A stretch of DNA of 64,000 bases. Origin: Nitrosopumilus sp. (GTDB taxonomy: Archaea; Thermoproteota; Nitrososphaeria; Nitrososphaerales; Nitrosopumilaceae). The stretch spans positions 1,111,849 to 1,175,848 of the forward strand of contig CBDBLX010000002.1 of the NCBI GenBank assembly GCA_965207445.1. Reading direction: 5' to 3'. The position numbers and the translations under genes were made by a program. Shown here piece by piece: positions 1 through 11,789 of the stretch (positions are counted from its first letter, which is position 1; every line of letters begins with the position of its first letter). The notes below the pieces were generated by a model, which had not been told where the DNA came from, did not search any database, and saw only the letters and a program-made list of their open reading frames with translations.

Positions 1-59
1 GGTGTACATGGACTTGTGCTCATAGCTAGTGGGACACGGTCTCATGTACCGCTTTCTTT

Positions 60-800
60 ATGTACAAGTATTTTTACAAAATATGTATGAGCAAGATGGA
101 ACGCTTGGTCACTAGCGGAAGGGGAACCTGCATGGTGTGCGGGGAATCAGTGGGCATGAAACAGATGTCAAGGCATATCACAAAGCACATACCTGCAAGC
201 AACACAGGCTCGTACTATATAATACGAGTAAGCAGCAGCAAGTATTTTTGGATGTTCCTGCAGGTAAGCGGCGCGACTACACTCGCGTATCTCGACGCGT
301 TTCTAAGAAGTGCATGGTTAGAGTGTTGTGGGCACCTGAGCTGCTTTATCATAAACGATACCACGTATGATGTAGCGCCAGATGGCGCTGACTATATGTT
401 CGAAAAGCCAAAATCGATGAATCACAAGATATCCAGCGTGCTTAAAAAAGGCATGTCGTTTTCACATGAATATGACTATGGTACCACTACGTACCTAACA
501 CTGCAGGTTCGAGAAGCAAACGTACCCGCGCTCATGACAACGAGCCCCAAACCGGCACCTGTAACACTACTTGCAATTCACGATCCAGTCAGATTCGTAT
601 GTGACGGGTGTGGTGGAGATGCAACCTTGGCATGTTCTTATTGCGGCCTGCGTGAATTCGGCGGCTTGGGGTGTGATACGTGTATGAGAAAACATTCCTG
701 CTGCGTGTCAGATGGTATCGGGATTGCGCTTCCGGTCGTGCAGTCGCCACGGGTGGGTGAGTGTGCCTATAACGGCCCTACTATAATGCAGACAAAATAG
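60..800 (+). CDS. pRiA4b ORF3-like (IS1096 passenger TnpR-like) protein with Zn-binding Cys motifs
   Basis: Motifs LDAFLRSAWLECCGHLSCF and FSHEYDYGTTT resemble the pRiA4b ORF3 family; CxxC pairs at both ends; C-terminal VVQSPRVGECAY. Confidence 0.7.
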   Translation: MYKYFYKICMSKMERLVTSGRGTCMVCGESVGMKQMSRHITKHIPASNTGSYYIIRVSSSKYFWMFLQVSGATTLAYLDAFLRSAWLECCGHLSCFIINDTTYDVAPDGADYMFEKPKSMNHKISSVLKKGMSFSHEYDYGTTTYLTLQVREANVPALMTTSPKPAPVTLLAIHDPVRFVCDGCGGDATLACSYCGLREFGGLGCDTCMRKHSCCVSDGIGIALPVVQSPRVGECAYNGPTIMQTK

Positions 801-1360
801 ATGGTCCTCACACACGACAAGTGGACTCATATTGTTTAGACAGTCAACTGCGCCAACTAATAACAATGATTGAACAGAGAAGAAAGATTGGGCCGGTGAC
901 AAAGAGGGCATAATAAACAGATTCAAAAAAAAGAGATGGAGACGCAAAGGATACAACATGAACACTTTTTTACACATAAAGGGTGTGTAGCCAGACAACA
1001 ATGACGTTGAACGAACTAATCGAGTATTTGTATCCATAAAAGATGATGATGATGATGGTGGTGATGATGATGATGGTGATGGTGATGATGGTGATGATGG
1101 AAACAGAACGTCTTATGATGAAGGACAACTAAATATTGTTCACGCTGTTGCAACAGGTAAGATTAGAGGTGAGATCTTTTTTGATATGTTGTGCAAGGCA
1201 TGCAAACCCTGCTAAAACTACCGAATCGTTTGTGCCCAACTATGCATCATCATTGCCAATTATTTATATATATAAATATATAATGCTGAGATCATTATGA
1301 TCAGAAAAACGCGTATGATTTTTTACCTTATGTGTCCACTTCAAAAAGCAAAATAGTTAC
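781..1360 (+). mobile_element. IS66-family remnant (3' end of transposase plus terminal inverted repeat), family A
   Basis: Decayed frame ...FLHIKGV*PDNNDVERTNRVFVSIK (IS66 TnpC 'PDNNxxER' motif); ends CTTCAAAAAGCAAAATAGTTAC; homologous to 23088-23505, 33894-34631 and 46087-46649. Confidence 0.8.
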
Positions 1361-1579
1361 CAATGAATGCATTTGTGTATTTAATTTCTGAATTTATCAG
1401 GAGATTCTTTTGATGGGAGTTGGAGCATGGTGATTATTTGAAACCTAAAAAATGAGATGTGTTGTACGACTAAAATTAAGATTGTAATACATCACATTGC
1501 AAACCACTGATGTAATACTATGTATAATTTATATTCATTAAAGAGAACATTAATTAATATGTAATATTTTATATATTTT

Positions 1580-1960
1580 ATGGCTGTCGGATGGAAGACT
1601 GTTAATGTTAAAGAAAATTTAATGAGTGAAGTAGAATCTATAATTAAAACGACTGGAATGAATGCATCTGGTATAACAAACCCGTCTCAATTTGTTGATG
1701 CTGCTATAAAGGAAAAATTAGAGAAAGAGACGCGTCAACGCTTTGAGCATGTAGGTGTGTACGAGGATCATGTCAAGATTTTAGATAATAAACTGGACCG
1801 CTTGGATAGAATTGTCTCTGTATATTTTAAAGATGACGCGGCATGGTGTGACTATTGTGAGAAGAACTTTTGTGTGCATATACAATATGTGTGGACAATT
1901 GATGATGTATGCAAGATATTACATGAACGCGGCATGTCAGAGCCCTCTACTGCACGATAA
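1580..1960 (+). CDS. Ribbon-helix-helix-like DNA-binding protein with C-terminal Zn-finger (thaumarchaeal type)
   Basis: N-terminal WKTVNVKENLMSEVE...SQFVDAAIKEKL; C-terminal WCDYCEKNFCVH. Confidence 0.6.
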   Translation: MAVGWKTVNVKENLMSEVESIIKTTGMNASGITNPSQFVDAAIKEKLEKETRQRFEHVGVYEDHVKILDNKLDRLDRIVSVYFKDDAAWCDYCEKNFCVHIQYVWTIDDVCKILHERGMSEPSTAR

Positions 1961-2191
1961 ATATTGATTCATTATTCTTGTTTGTGACTTGTAGTTTTAA
2001 CTTAATCTCCTAGTTTGTGTTTTTGTGCATTGTGTTTTTGTGTATTGTGTTTTTGTGCATTGTGTTATTTTTGTCATTTATGGTAGTTGATTGACAAATA
2101 TTGTATCTAGATTTGAGAAAAACTCAATTGACTGTACTGGTAAATTCTCCAAATCGTCAGAAATTTATATTCTATATTTTTTACATAACGT

Positions 2192-4063
2192 ATGTCTATG
2201 TCAAAGGATCCATCTGTGTTGACAACAAAACTTGAACTAAAGTCAGATCGTAGTATTAATGATCGTAAGCCAAAAGAGAATTGGGCTCGACGCGCAGAGG
2301 CAGATCAATTTGCTGAAAATGTAAAACTGTATAGACAGGGCAAATACAGTGATGCGAGTTTTAGACGTTTTCGATTACAACATGGTGCATATGGAACTAG
2401 AATGACTAGTGATTATGCCATGGTACGAGTCAAATTTCCTGCCGGTGTAGCATACCCTCATCAGTTGGATGCAATCTCCAAAATATCCGAACAATACTCT
2501 ATTGGCAGTGCACATTTATCTACTCGTGAAAATATACAACTTCACTGGGTTGTATTAGAAGATGTCTCTGAGATATTTCATGAATTAGCTCGAGTAGGAC
2601 TGACATCAAGGGAAGCATGTGGCAACACTGTCAGAAATGTAATGTGTAGTCCGCTTGCTGGTGTGTGTAAAGATGAAGTCTTTGATATTACGCCATATGC
2701 ACTGGCAACTGCTCGATTCTTTTTACGCAACCCATTGTGTCAAAACTTGCCACGAAAATTCAAGTTTACATTTACTTGTTGTGAAAAATGTGGCATGGCA
2801 AGAATGGTCGATGTGGGATTGATACCTACACTAAAGACATTTGAGAATGATGATGGTACTACATACGAGCAACGTGGCTTTAAGGTATTTCTTGGTGGTG
2901 GGCTCGGAAACAAGTCATTTGTGGGACATCAACTAGAAGAATTTACATCCGAAGATGATCTATTGTACACATCCATTGCAGTAATTCGTATATTTGATCG
3001 ACTAGGTGATCGAAAGAACCCTGCACGAAACAGGATGCGATACTTGGTAGATGGGATGGGATGGGAAAAGTTTCAAAATTTGGTCTTGATGGAGCGTGCT
3101 ATTGTACATGACACACAATCAGTAATAACTAGACTAAAACCCGATCATACTCAACTTGAGATACGTCGTCCAATTCGTATATCAGACCAGAGTGCTGATG
3201 TAATGCAGAACTCTCAACCTGCTGGATTTGCCAGATGGCTTGCTACAAATACTGTTGCACAAAAACAAGACTCGTACAGTACAGTATTCATAACACTCGA
3301 AGCAGGTGATATAACTGCAAGTCAACTTGTGTCACTTGCAGAACTTGTACGTCAATATTCTTGTGAGGGTGTGGCAAGACTTGGATTTAACCAAAATATT
3401 GCATTGCGATTTGTACATCAAGATGATCTGCCTGATCTGTACTCTGCTTTGGTGAATGCTGGTCTTGCAAAACCTGGTGCGCTTACGATGGCATCTCCGA
3501 TCGGATGCTCTGGTACCACTTCATGCAATCTGGCACTTACAAACTCCCATCGTCTTGCAAAAGAGATCCAACGTAAATTCCTAGAACTGGAATTAGATCA
3601 AGATGTGGCACTTGCTGATTCTTCAATAAAGATAAGCGGATGTCCGAACTCTTGTGGACAACATGGAATTGCCACGATTGGATTTTTTGGTGGTGGTGCA
3701 CGTGTTGGCAAGGACATGTATCCTAACTATTCAATGTCCCTTGGTGGCAGAAAAGATGAACTAACTGCACTGGGTCAAATATGCACTAGGGTTCCTGCAA
3801 AACGTGTCATTCCAGTTATATTGCGTATCATTGATCTGTTTCGTGAAAACTGCAAGCCTGATGACACATTAAAATCATGGATACATAGAGTGGTATCTGG
3901 TGCAGAAGACTCTACTAAGATCTCATCTATAAAGGATATACAACAACAGATAAAACCATTGTTAACACCACCTAGTAAAGACGAAGATCCAGACTTTTAT
4001 CTTGACTATGGAAGTGATACAACTTATCACACAAAGACCGGCAAAGGTGAATGTGCAGCTTGA
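2192..4063 (+). CDS. Ferredoxin-dependent sulfite/nitrite reductase (siroheme, 4Fe-4S)
   Basis: NLPRKFK, STRENIQLH, ACGNTVRNV, CSGTTSCNLA and KISGCPNSCGQH siroheme/Fe-S motifs. Confidence 0.92.
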   Translation: MSMSKDPSVLTTKLELKSDRSINDRKPKENWARRAEADQFAENVKLYRQGKYSDASFRRFRLQHGAYGTRMTSDYAMVRVKFPAGVAYPHQLDAISKISEQYSIGSAHLSTRENIQLHWVVLEDVSEIFHELARVGLTSREACGNTVRNVMCSPLAGVCKDEVFDITPYALATARFFLRNPLCQNLPRKFKFTFTCCEKCGMARMVDVGLIPTLKTFENDDGTTYEQRGFKVFLGGGLGNKSFVGHQLEEFTSEDDLLYTSIAVIRIFDRLGDRKNPARNRMRYLVDGMGWEKFQNLVLMERAIVHDTQSVITRLKPDHTQLEIRRPIRISDQSADVMQNSQPAGFARWLATNTVAQKQDSYSTVFITLEAGDITASQLVSLAELVRQYSCEGVARLGFNQNIALRFVHQDDLPDLYSALVNAGLAKPGALTMASPIGCSGTTSCNLALTNSHRLAKEIQRKFLELELDQDVALADSSIKISGCPNSCGQHGIATIGFFGGGARVGKDMYPNYSMSLGGRKDELTALGQICTRVPAKRVIPVILRIIDLFRENCKPDDTLKSWIHRVVSGAEDSTKISSIKDIQQQIKPLLTPPSKDEDPDFYLDYGSDTTYHTKTGKGECAA

Positions 4064-4529
4064 TCATTGTTATAACATGGTATATGATGTGATATTATAT
4101 CGTCCAAATAACAAATGATTACAATGACAAAAAATAATAATCATCATCATAATTGACACCATTCATCAAACACGATTCTGCTAAATGATTATTATATTAT
4201 ATAATTACTATATTATATGATTACTATATATATGATTATTATATTATATGAAACTATATATCATTTTAAATGTAATCAATACCGCCGTGTGCTCACAAAC
4301 TATGATTATACACTGCGTGGCAAATCATAAAATGATTTTGAGAATTGTGACATAAAATATAACTATGATCTTATTACTGTGTATGTTTTGAGTTATTTTT
4401 TGGCCTTTGTGTATTGTGTAAAGTTATCTGTATTCCCAAAAATATGTTAGATCATTAAATGACACATTTGCTAAAATCAACTGTAACTTTTTGATACAAA
4501 TTGTTGGGATTAATTTGCAGTAAAAACCA

Positions 4530-5786
4530 TCATGCCAACTCATTGCGTATTCTCTTTGTAAGCGCCGCTTCTATATTATCAAACAATACGAGCATCTTTT
4601 CTTTATGTTCTGTTATGTAATCGTCCCCTCTATCTTTGAGTCTAATCTTCCACAACCTTATCTCCCTGTGCTCATCAAAGAAGCTCTCTATCATATGAAC
4701 ACCAAACTTGTCTGTATCAGTAAATTTATCAAATACCTGTATGGCTTTTTGGGAATTTCCTTCTTCTATGACCTCTCTGGCAGATCTTATTGCCTGTATC
4801 AACTCTTTCATATTTTTAATCGGTTGTGGCAACGTCTTTCTTGTAATACCAAACAAGCCGCGCTTCTCCTTTCCAATCTTTGCTGCTACATTGGGTGCTA
4901 GATCATAGATTGGTATTCTGCTTAACCCTTCACGTTTTTCGTTTTGTAGTATGAGTCCCTTTTCAAGCAACTTTCTAAGCGCAGTTTCAGCATCGACTTT
5001 GTCCAAAAATGTTGTCCATACTATGGCACCTATTGTATGGTAGCCTTGTTTTATTGACTCTAATACTACAACCTCTTGTATGCGCTTGAAGCCTTCCTCT
5101 ATTCTCACATTCACAAAGTCTTTGTCTCTGACTGATTTTCTTGCATTTTTTACATCGATCTCAATTGAGCGTTTTAATGCTTCAAGGGACTCTGGGACTT
5201 GATTAAGAAGAGACAAGTAGCATCCTTTGTTGTACCATGCCATGCCGTATGTGGGATCAGATTCTATAGATTTTTCAACTGAATCGAGCGCCTTTGCATA
5301 GTTTTTTTGTTCATAATGTACTAGTCCCTTTAAATTCCATGCTTCTGGATTTGTGACGTCAATGTCTAGTATTTTATCATACACTGCTAGTGCTTCACTG
5401 TACTCTTCAAGGTGAAACTTTGCATAGCCTAGCTTGAGCATAGTCTCTACACTATTTGGATCTATTCTGAGTGCCTGGTCAAATGCCATTACGGCATCTT
5501 CGAGTTTTTGGTCTGCCATCAAATTAATGCCCTTTTTGTAAAGTTTCTTTCGATTATAGTCTGCATCAACCAAACTCCTCTCTTGGGGTACTACATCAGG
5601 TGAGTCAGTTGTCGTTATGGTGGATGCGACTTTAATGCTTGTGTCTTTTTCATCTTTGAGTTTATTAGAATTATTGTCACGTATATAATCATTATTGCTA
5701 TTTTTGCTAGTATGTTGTTCTCCTCCTCCTCCTAACTCTGCCTTTTCATATTTTGGCTTTTTATTTCGTTGAAATGGTCTCTTCAT
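4530..5786 (-). CDS. Tetratricopeptide repeat protein
   Basis: About four consecutive TPR units (e.g. PEAWNLKGLVHYEQKNYAKAL, MAWYNKGCYLSLL). Confidence 0.88.
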   Translation of the reverse strand: MKRPFQRNKKPKYEKAELGGGGEQHTSKNSNNDYIRDNNSNKLKDEKDTSIKVASTITTTDSPDVVPQERSLVDADYNRKKLYKKGINLMADQKLEDAVMAFDQALRIDPNSVETMLKLGYAKFHLEEYSEALAVYDKILDIDVTNPEAWNLKGLVHYEQKNYAKALDSVEKSIESDPTYGMAWYNKGCYLSLLNQVPESLEALKRSIEIDVKNARKSVRDKDFVNVRIEEGFKRIQEVVVLESIKQGYHTIGAIVWTTFLDKVDAETALRKLLEKGLILQNEKREGLSRIPIYDLAPNVAAKIGKEKRGLFGITRKTLPQPIKNMKELIQAIRSAREVIEEGNSQKAIQVFDKFTDTDKFGVHMIESFFDEHREIRLWKIRLKDRGDDYITEHKEKMLVLFDNIEAALTKRIRNELA

Positions 5787-5962
5787 TATATCACTAGGTA
5801 AATTCTAGTTAAAAACTATATTATTTCTCTATTTGCTTACTAAATGTCAACCCTTCATCCACTGACCTCATCTCATATACAAAATATCTTACTAGATCGT
5901 CCTAGTAACTTGGCACAATCATCTGATTTACAAGCTAATATGGTTAATCTAAAATACTTGCT

Positions 5963-8188
5963 ATGTATATGCCATGTATGTCATTAAAGGATACGATCTC
6001 AGTTAGTGGACGTTCTCCTTTCTCAAAGCCTGGTGTATACGAGGTCAAGATATCCATATCTACTACAAAACCATCTGATGATGATATCAAACGAGACAAG
6101 TTCTCTAGTATATGGAGCAACGAGTATCACTTGCGCGTAGATGATCGTGGTCTATTTTCTGAAACACTTGGCTCTAATACAAATCCACTTCCAGAATCTA
6201 TTACTCAATCTAAAACTGTATGGATTATAGTATCTGATATCTTTTCTTCAATGTACTCTATATTTGATATATTAACTAGTGATGTACTGCCTGATGTAAA
6301 ACCCAAACCAAAAACACCAAAAGAAAAAAAACCCAGACAACTGACAAAAGATACATCTTTACAGCAAGCAACAAAAACATCCAAAATTACTAAAGACACT
6401 ACAGTACAACCTGAGACTGTATCTTCACCTCAATCCTATTTACAATCATCATCATCATCATCATCTACTGCACAGACTCAACCTCAACATACACCTAATG
6501 CACAACCAAAACAAACTGTATCATCTGTACAGCCACCCTCAGATATACGGCCACCTACACCTACCACAACAGGCCCACCGGGACATATGGGCGAACAAGG
6601 ACCTCCAGGACCACCAGGACCAATGGGGCCACCAGGACCAATGGGGCCACCAGGACCAATGGGTGCTCGTGGTGCTGTAGGTACACAGGGTACTCAAGGT
6701 GACAAAGGCTCACCTGGTGACAAGGGTCCAACTGGTGACAAGGGTCAATCTGGAAACAAGGGACCCACAGGTGACAAGGGTCCAACAGGTGACAAGGGTC
6801 CAACAGGTGACAAGGGTATTACTGGTGAGATAGGACACAAGGGTGATGCAGGTGACAAGGGACCCACAGGTGACAAGGGACCTGCTGGACCTGTAGGAAT
6901 TAAGGGCCCCACAGGTGACAAGGGACCCACAGGTGACAAGGGTGACAAGGGTGACAAGGGCGTGACGGGACCTATTGGTGAGAAAGGTGACAAGGGCCCC
7001 ACGGGCTCTCAAGGTGACAAGGGCCCTGTCGGGCTTAAAGGTGCAGTTGGTGAAAAGGGTGAACATGGTATGACAGGACCGCCTGGTGACAAGGGCCCTG
7101 TTGGACCTAGAGGTATTGCAGGTGAGAAAGGTGACAAGGGACCTGTTGGATTGATTGGTGATAAAGGACTTACTGGTACTGTGGGGCCGCCTGGTGACAA
7201 GGGGCCCACTGGACCCACTGGAGCAATAGGTGAGAAAGGAATACAAGGTCCACCCGGACCCGTAGGTGAGTCTGGATTACGTGGATCTGTAGGTTCCCAA
7301 GGTGACAAGGGACCACAAGGACCACAAGGACCTGTTGGCGCCAAAGGACTTACTGGTGTTCCTGGTCCACAAGGTGACAAGGGTGAAAAGGGGTCTGTTG
7401 GACCTATTGGAGAAAAGGGACCGCAGGGCCCATCAGGTGTACATGGTGACAAGGGACCCCAAGGACCGCAGGGACCTGTTGGCGCCAAAGGACTTACTGG
7501 TGTTCCTGGTCCACAAGGTGACAAGGGTGAAAAGGGGTCTGTTGGACCTATTGGAGAAAAGGGACCGCAGGGCCCATCAGGACCTCCTGGTGCAATGGGA
7601 CCACAAGGCTCAGCTGGAGATAAAGGACCTACTGGTGTCACAGGACCTCAAGGTGAAAAGGGTGACAAGGGCGCGACAGGAATTGCAGGACTTGTAGGTG
7701 AAAAGGGACCACAAGGACCGCAGGGACCTGTTGGCGCCAAAGGACTTACTGGTGTTCCTGGTCCACAAGGTGACAAGGGTGAAAAGGGGTCTGTTGGACC
7801 TATTGGAGAAAAGGGACAGACTGGTCAAATGGGGCCCTCTGGTGAAAAAGGACCACAGGGGCCGCAAGGCTCACAAGGTGAGCGTGGACCTACAGGGCCG
7901 ATAGGTGACAAGGGACCGCCCGGACCGCAAGGAATTCAAGGACTGCAAGGTGAGCGTGGACCTGTGGGACCTCGTGGTTTGGATGGTGAACAGGGATCTG
8001 TGGGTGAACAGGGACCTGTGGGGGCGTCCGGACCTCGTGGACCGCCCGGACCGCCCGGTGAAAAGGGACCGTCTGGTGCAATGACATCTGAGCAAAAGGC
8101 AATATTCAAAGATCTCTTGGAGATATTAACTAACAAGGGCGTCTTGACTACTGAAGAGCAAATAAAACTGATGAGTTATCTGTACTAG
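5963..8188 (+). CDS. Collagen-like protein (long Gly-X-Y triple-helix domain)
   Basis: About 500 aa of continuous GXY triplets ([12 protein letters not shown]) after a globular N-terminal domain and a Ser/Pro/Gln linker; short helical C-terminus. Confidence 0.93.
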   Translation: MYMPCMSLKDTISVSGRSPFSKPGVYEVKISISTTKPSDDDIKRDKFSSIWSNEYHLRVDDRGLFSETLGSNTNPLPESITQSKTVWIIVSDIFSSMYSIFDILTSDVLPDVKPKPKTPKEKKPRQLTKDTSLQQATKTSKITKDTTVQPETVSSPQSYLQSSSSSSSTAQTQPQHTPNAQPKQTVSSVQPPSDIRPPTPTTTGPPGHMGEQGPPGPPGPMGPPGPMGPPGPMGARGAVGTQGTQGDKGSPGDKGPTGDKGQSGNKGPTGDKGPTGDKGPTGDKGITGEIGHKGDAGDKGPTGDKGPAGPVGIKGPTGDKGPTGDKGDKGDKGVTGPIGEKGDKGPTGSQGDKGPVGLKGAVGEKGEHGMTGPPGDKGPVGPRGIAGEKGDKGPVGLIGDKGLTGTVGPPGDKGPTGPTGAIGEKGIQGPPGPVGESGLRGSVGSQGDKGPQGPQGPVGAKGLTGVPGPQGDKGEKGSVGPIGEKGPQGPSGVHGDKGPQGPQGPVGAKGLTGVPGPQGDKGEKGSVGPIGEKGPQGPSGPPGAMGPQGSAGDKGPTGVTGPQGEKGDKGATGIAGLVGEKGPQGPQGPVGAKGLTGVPGPQGDKGEKGSVGPIGEKGQTGQMGPSGEKGPQGPQGSQGERGPTGPIGDKGPPGPQGIQGLQGERGPVGPRGLDGEQGSVGEQGPVGASGPRGPPGPPGEKGPSGAMTSEQKAIFKDLLEILTNKGVLTTEEQIKLMSYLY
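7307..7817 (+). repeat. Three near-identical ~110-bp intragenic repeats in the collagen-like gene
   Basis: [38 protein letters not shown] encoded three times with near-identical DNA (starts ~7307, ~7451, ~7703). Confidence 0.85.
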
Positions 8189-8658
8189 ATATTTTTTAAT
8201 TGGAATTTTTTATATGAGCATATATTAATAAGTATGTATTAATGAGTTGGTGTTAAATCATTATTATAAAAATAAGTTTTCATCACACTCAAAAACAATG
8301 CATTGTTTGACTCTTGTAAATGTAGTTGATGTGAAATTTACGATATAATTGGACATATAATTGGACATATAATTGATCTTAAATCAAAACAGAATCTTAT
8401 CATCTTTCATGGCAAAAAATCTACGTTTTGGGTTTTTCCGGTTTTTCAAGAATTAGTTTTGAAATGTATACAAAACTGATGTCTCTTTGTATTACATGTG
8501 ACATTATAAGAAGATATAAAATCTCAAAAATTTATTGTTTTTTATATATTTAAAATGTATAATTAAATATTAAAATCAAATTTATTATTTTTAATATATA
8601 AATAACAATAGTAATAATAATACTGCTGGATTAATGCTAGCAATTCTAGTAAATAATC

Positions 8659-9102
8659 TTATAGATCTGTTGCAATTGTATCTGACTCGTTACCTTTCTT
8701 GCTATCATCTAGTCGTTGTTTTAACTCTGCATTTTCTTTTAATAACATGTCTCGTTCTGATTCTAATGATGCTAGTGTAAGATGTCTACTATACAATGGG
8801 TGCCCGGGGGGTATTGGAAGAGTTCCTGTTGAGAGTAGGTTGTTTGCTTGTTGTAAAAATCCATACTTGATCTCATCTACCACATCACGAGCTTGATTTG
8901 GATTGACTTTGTGATGCATACTGAGATTATTCATGCGTTTGCGCATTGAGATGGGTTGTTGTTTGCCAAATGGGTTTGGTGGCATCCTTGGAAGTTCTGC
9001 ATATGGTGTATCGTCATGTACAAAAGATCTGTGTGTCATGTTGTTTTGTTGTATGTTGTTTGCCAATCTAAATGCGTCTATTTCATACATACTGTTTGTC
9101 AA
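8659..9102 (-). CDS. Hypothetical protein with C-terminal coiled coil
   Basis: 147-aa ORF; PIPPGHPL followed by LESERDMLLKENAELKQRL. Confidence 0.65.
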   Translation of the reverse strand: MTNSMYEIDAFRLANNIQQNNMTHRSFVHDDTPYAELPRMPPNPFGKQQPISMRKRMNNLSMHHKVNPNQARDVVDEIKYGFLQQANNLLSTGTLPIPPGHPLYSRHLTLASLESERDMLLKENAELKQRLDDSKKGNESDTIATDL

Positions 9103-9154
9103 AATAGGGTATATTTTTGTCTTGTTAATAGCTTTGTGGGAACCATATGCTTGT

Positions 9155-9235
9155 GTAATCGTTCAACCCCTGTACTTGCGCCAGACGTTAGGCGGTGAAT
9201 CTGTGCCTAAATTTGGGAAGGGGTTGAACGGTTAC
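9155..9235. mobile_element. 81-bp MITE with IS66-type termini (family B)
   Basis: GTAATCGTTCAACCCC...GGGGTTGAACGGTTAC inverted ends; near-identical copy at 41255-41332. Confidence 0.85.
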
Positions 9236-9240
9236 GTTGA

Positions 9241-10242
9241 CTAGTTACTTTCAGAGATGGGCAAGACATTATACACTTCATATATCTTACCTGTAACACG
9301 AGAGCGATATGACCATTCGTCTCTACTCCAGTCCATTAATTTGCATTTTGTTTTAGTATCTGGGTGTAGTTTGTCATAAACATCTGATCCTATTAATATG
9401 TGGTTTGGAGGTGCTCTATTCTGTATCTTTGCTGCAATATTCATAACGGGGCCTAGTAAATCTACATGTGATTGTTGAGGATCAGAGCCATATCTCACAA
9501 TGACACTCTGGCCTATGTCTAGTCCAATTCTTACTTTCAGTTCTGGATAGTCATACTGGTCAAGAATTGGGTTTATTCCATGTTGTATAATCGATAACAT
9601 GGACCTGGCACAATTAACTGCATTATCTACTACCATTATTTGATATGCATCTGATACAAAATAACCGATCACTGCATCACCGACGAACTTTAGTACGTAT
9701 CCGTTGTATTGATTCACTACTAGTGCCATCTCTTGAGCAAAAGAACTCATAATGGTCGCTATGCTCTCTGGTGGCATCTCTAGTGCTATTTTCGTAGATC
9801 CTACTACATCAACATATAGAACTGTCATGTTGACAATCGTGTGTACATTCTTTCGTAGGTATTTATCAGAACTATACCCTCCATCTGCATACTCATATCC
9901 TTCTTTGAGTGCTTTCCATACCCGTATTCTGGTGTTTTGTATCATTGTCTCAAAATCTATTACCTCTTTAGTGGTGTTGGTTTTTTGCTTTATCATCCTG
10001 TCAATTATTGATGGTGGCTTGCCACTACTATTATTATTGTCATTGTTACTATTATCACTATTCTTTGATTCTTGATTACCCTTTACCGTAGATGTATTTG
10101 GCATGTTATGGCCGTCTTTGTTCACAATACTATACTTTTTGTTTACATTATCTGTTATCATTTTCTTTGATGCGATATTCTCAACATATGGTTTGCTAGT
10201 ATCGTTATATTTTTTTGTGTAATTATTCATTAAAAAATTCAA
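9241..10242 (-). CDS. Class III adenylate/guanylate cyclase domain protein
   Basis: VLYVDVVGST, VLKFVGDAVIGYF, VRIGLDIG, DLLGPVMNIAAKIQ motifs. Confidence 0.92.
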   Translation of the reverse strand: MNFLMNNYTKKYNDTSKPYVENIASKKMITDNVNKKYSIVNKDGHNMPNTSTVKGNQESKNSDNSNNDNNNSSGKPPSIIDRMIKQKTNTTKEVIDFETMIQNTRIRVWKALKEGYEYADGGYSSDKYLRKNVHTIVNMTVLYVDVVGSTKIALEMPPESIATIMSSFAQEMALVVNQYNGYVLKFVGDAVIGYFVSDAYQIMVVDNAVNCARSMLSIIQHGINPILDQYDYPELKVRIGLDIGQSVIVRYGSDPQQSHVDLLGPVMNIAAKIQNRAPPNHILIGSDVYDKLHPDTKTKCKLMDWSRDEWSYRSRVTGKIYEVYNVLPISESN

Positions 10243-10630
10243 CCTCTTTTCATTTTTATTACATATAACCCCGATTCATTACTATACCGCAAATATAACT
10301 CATGTCATATCTGTTTCTAAAACATCTATCCTTTTTAATGTAACATTTTATATTTTTTTTGCTGTATTGATTATAATCTATTTTACTCACATAAATCTTA
10401 ACATGCCATAATATTTTAGGATATTGATTGCATTAATTGTAATCTACTACTATTCTGTCAAACATTGTTTTTGTATTATTATGGATTAATACTAAACTCA
10501 ACTCATATGTAAAAAATAGTCATGCATGACCTGATCATGTACTATTTCTATTGGATCTAAAACAGACGCACAGATTAGATGAAGCCCATGTAGCATACAC
10601 ATCTTTTAAGTATTAGGCGCAGGGAGTCAA

Positions 10631-11548
10631 ATGATTATATTACATTATAACTACATAATTATAAACCTGCCATGGACTTTGCATATGAGAATTTCGGCAT
10701 TATCGGAGATCAACGAGTCTATACGTATGATGGACTCTAAAATATCTGATGCTTATCAGAGTCATATGAGTCTGCTAATCAAAGGTACACCAATAAAAGC
10801 CATGTTGGGTAATACAACTGTCGTTGATCAAACTACATTTGAAACTAGTACAATAGTGGAATATATGCGCAGTATAACAAAGGATCTTGGAGAGCATTGG
10901 ATTTCACGTGATGCAGTTGAGACTAGAGATGAGGATATACGTAGAATCTTTGTAAAGTTTGAATCTCAAGTCTTGGAGTACTTGATATCTGTTCATCTGT
11001 CTGTGCAATTTCGTGCATTGTTGTATTACAAACCTGATGCTCGCGTCATTGCAATACAAAAAGAACTCTCTGAGATAGAGTCCACTGCTCGAGATCACAA
11101 TGATCGTATGGCTGATATTGGTGACCGTCTGATCTCTGATCGTCTACGTGATATGGGTCACACTGAACCTGACCATACAACACTATTTGAGATGTTATAC
11201 AATAATGATTCACTCTCAGATGAGATGGCAACTGATTTACAGACTGCTGCAAATGATGCTGGTTTGGACAAATATGTGGACAAAAGAAGTGCGTTGTTTG
11301 AAGAGTTGGACTCATTTTTACTAGAGGTATATAACACAACCGCGGTAATGATAGATGACAATCGATTGGTTGCAGGCGAAGATGGCTTTTTGTATACTGT
11401 TGACATTCAAAAAATCACACGAGACTCTCGTACTGGCACAATAACAAAAGAAGGAAATATTACTGCAAGTGAACTGTCCGATGATATATTACGTGCTATA
11501 GAATCAAGATTTGCAGAATTGTATACAGTCATTATTAAATTACAATAA
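10631..11548 (+). CDS. Conserved hypothetical protein (start probably at 10685)
   Basis: Long ORF with normal composition; no recognised catalytic motif. Confidence 0.7.
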   Translation: MIILHYNYIIINLPWTLHMRISALSEINESIRMMDSKISDAYQSHMSLLIKGTPIKAMLGNTTVVDQTTFETSTIVEYMRSITKDLGEHWISRDAVETRDEDIRRIFVKFESQVLEYLISVHLSVQFRALLYYKPDARVIAIQKELSEIESTARDHNDRMADIGDRLISDRLRDMGHTEPDHTTLFEMLYNNDSLSDEMATDLQTAANDAGLDKYVDKRSALFEELDSFLLEVYNTTAVMIDDNRLVAGEDGFLYTVDIQKITRDSRTGTITKEGNITASELSDDILRAIESRFAELYTVIIKLQ

Positions 11549-11789
11549 TAATTTGTATGTGACTTGTCTGTGCTCAAATATGTAAAAATTACTCCATGAA
11601 TTGATGTGGTGTGCTATTCAGTTTGCACCTAATCTTAAAAGATGTACATTCCCATTTAGATTGATAATCAATTTTATTTTTATTTTTATTTTTATTGTGC
11701 CTATTTTTTCTCAATTCAAAAACAAATCCAATTAACTTGGTCCAGATTATATTACATCTACTAGTTACAGATAACTCAAATAGGCAGAT

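Noticed and set aside
2016..2066. 15-bp tandem repeats upstream of the reductase (also 12-13-bp repeats at ~8344 and ~16730)
   Set aside because: Most simply slippage microsatellites in AT-rich spacers; no evidence of function
6498..8136. Many alternative-frame and antisense ORFs over the collagen gene
   Set aside because: Shadow ORFs caused by the periodic GXY codon pattern
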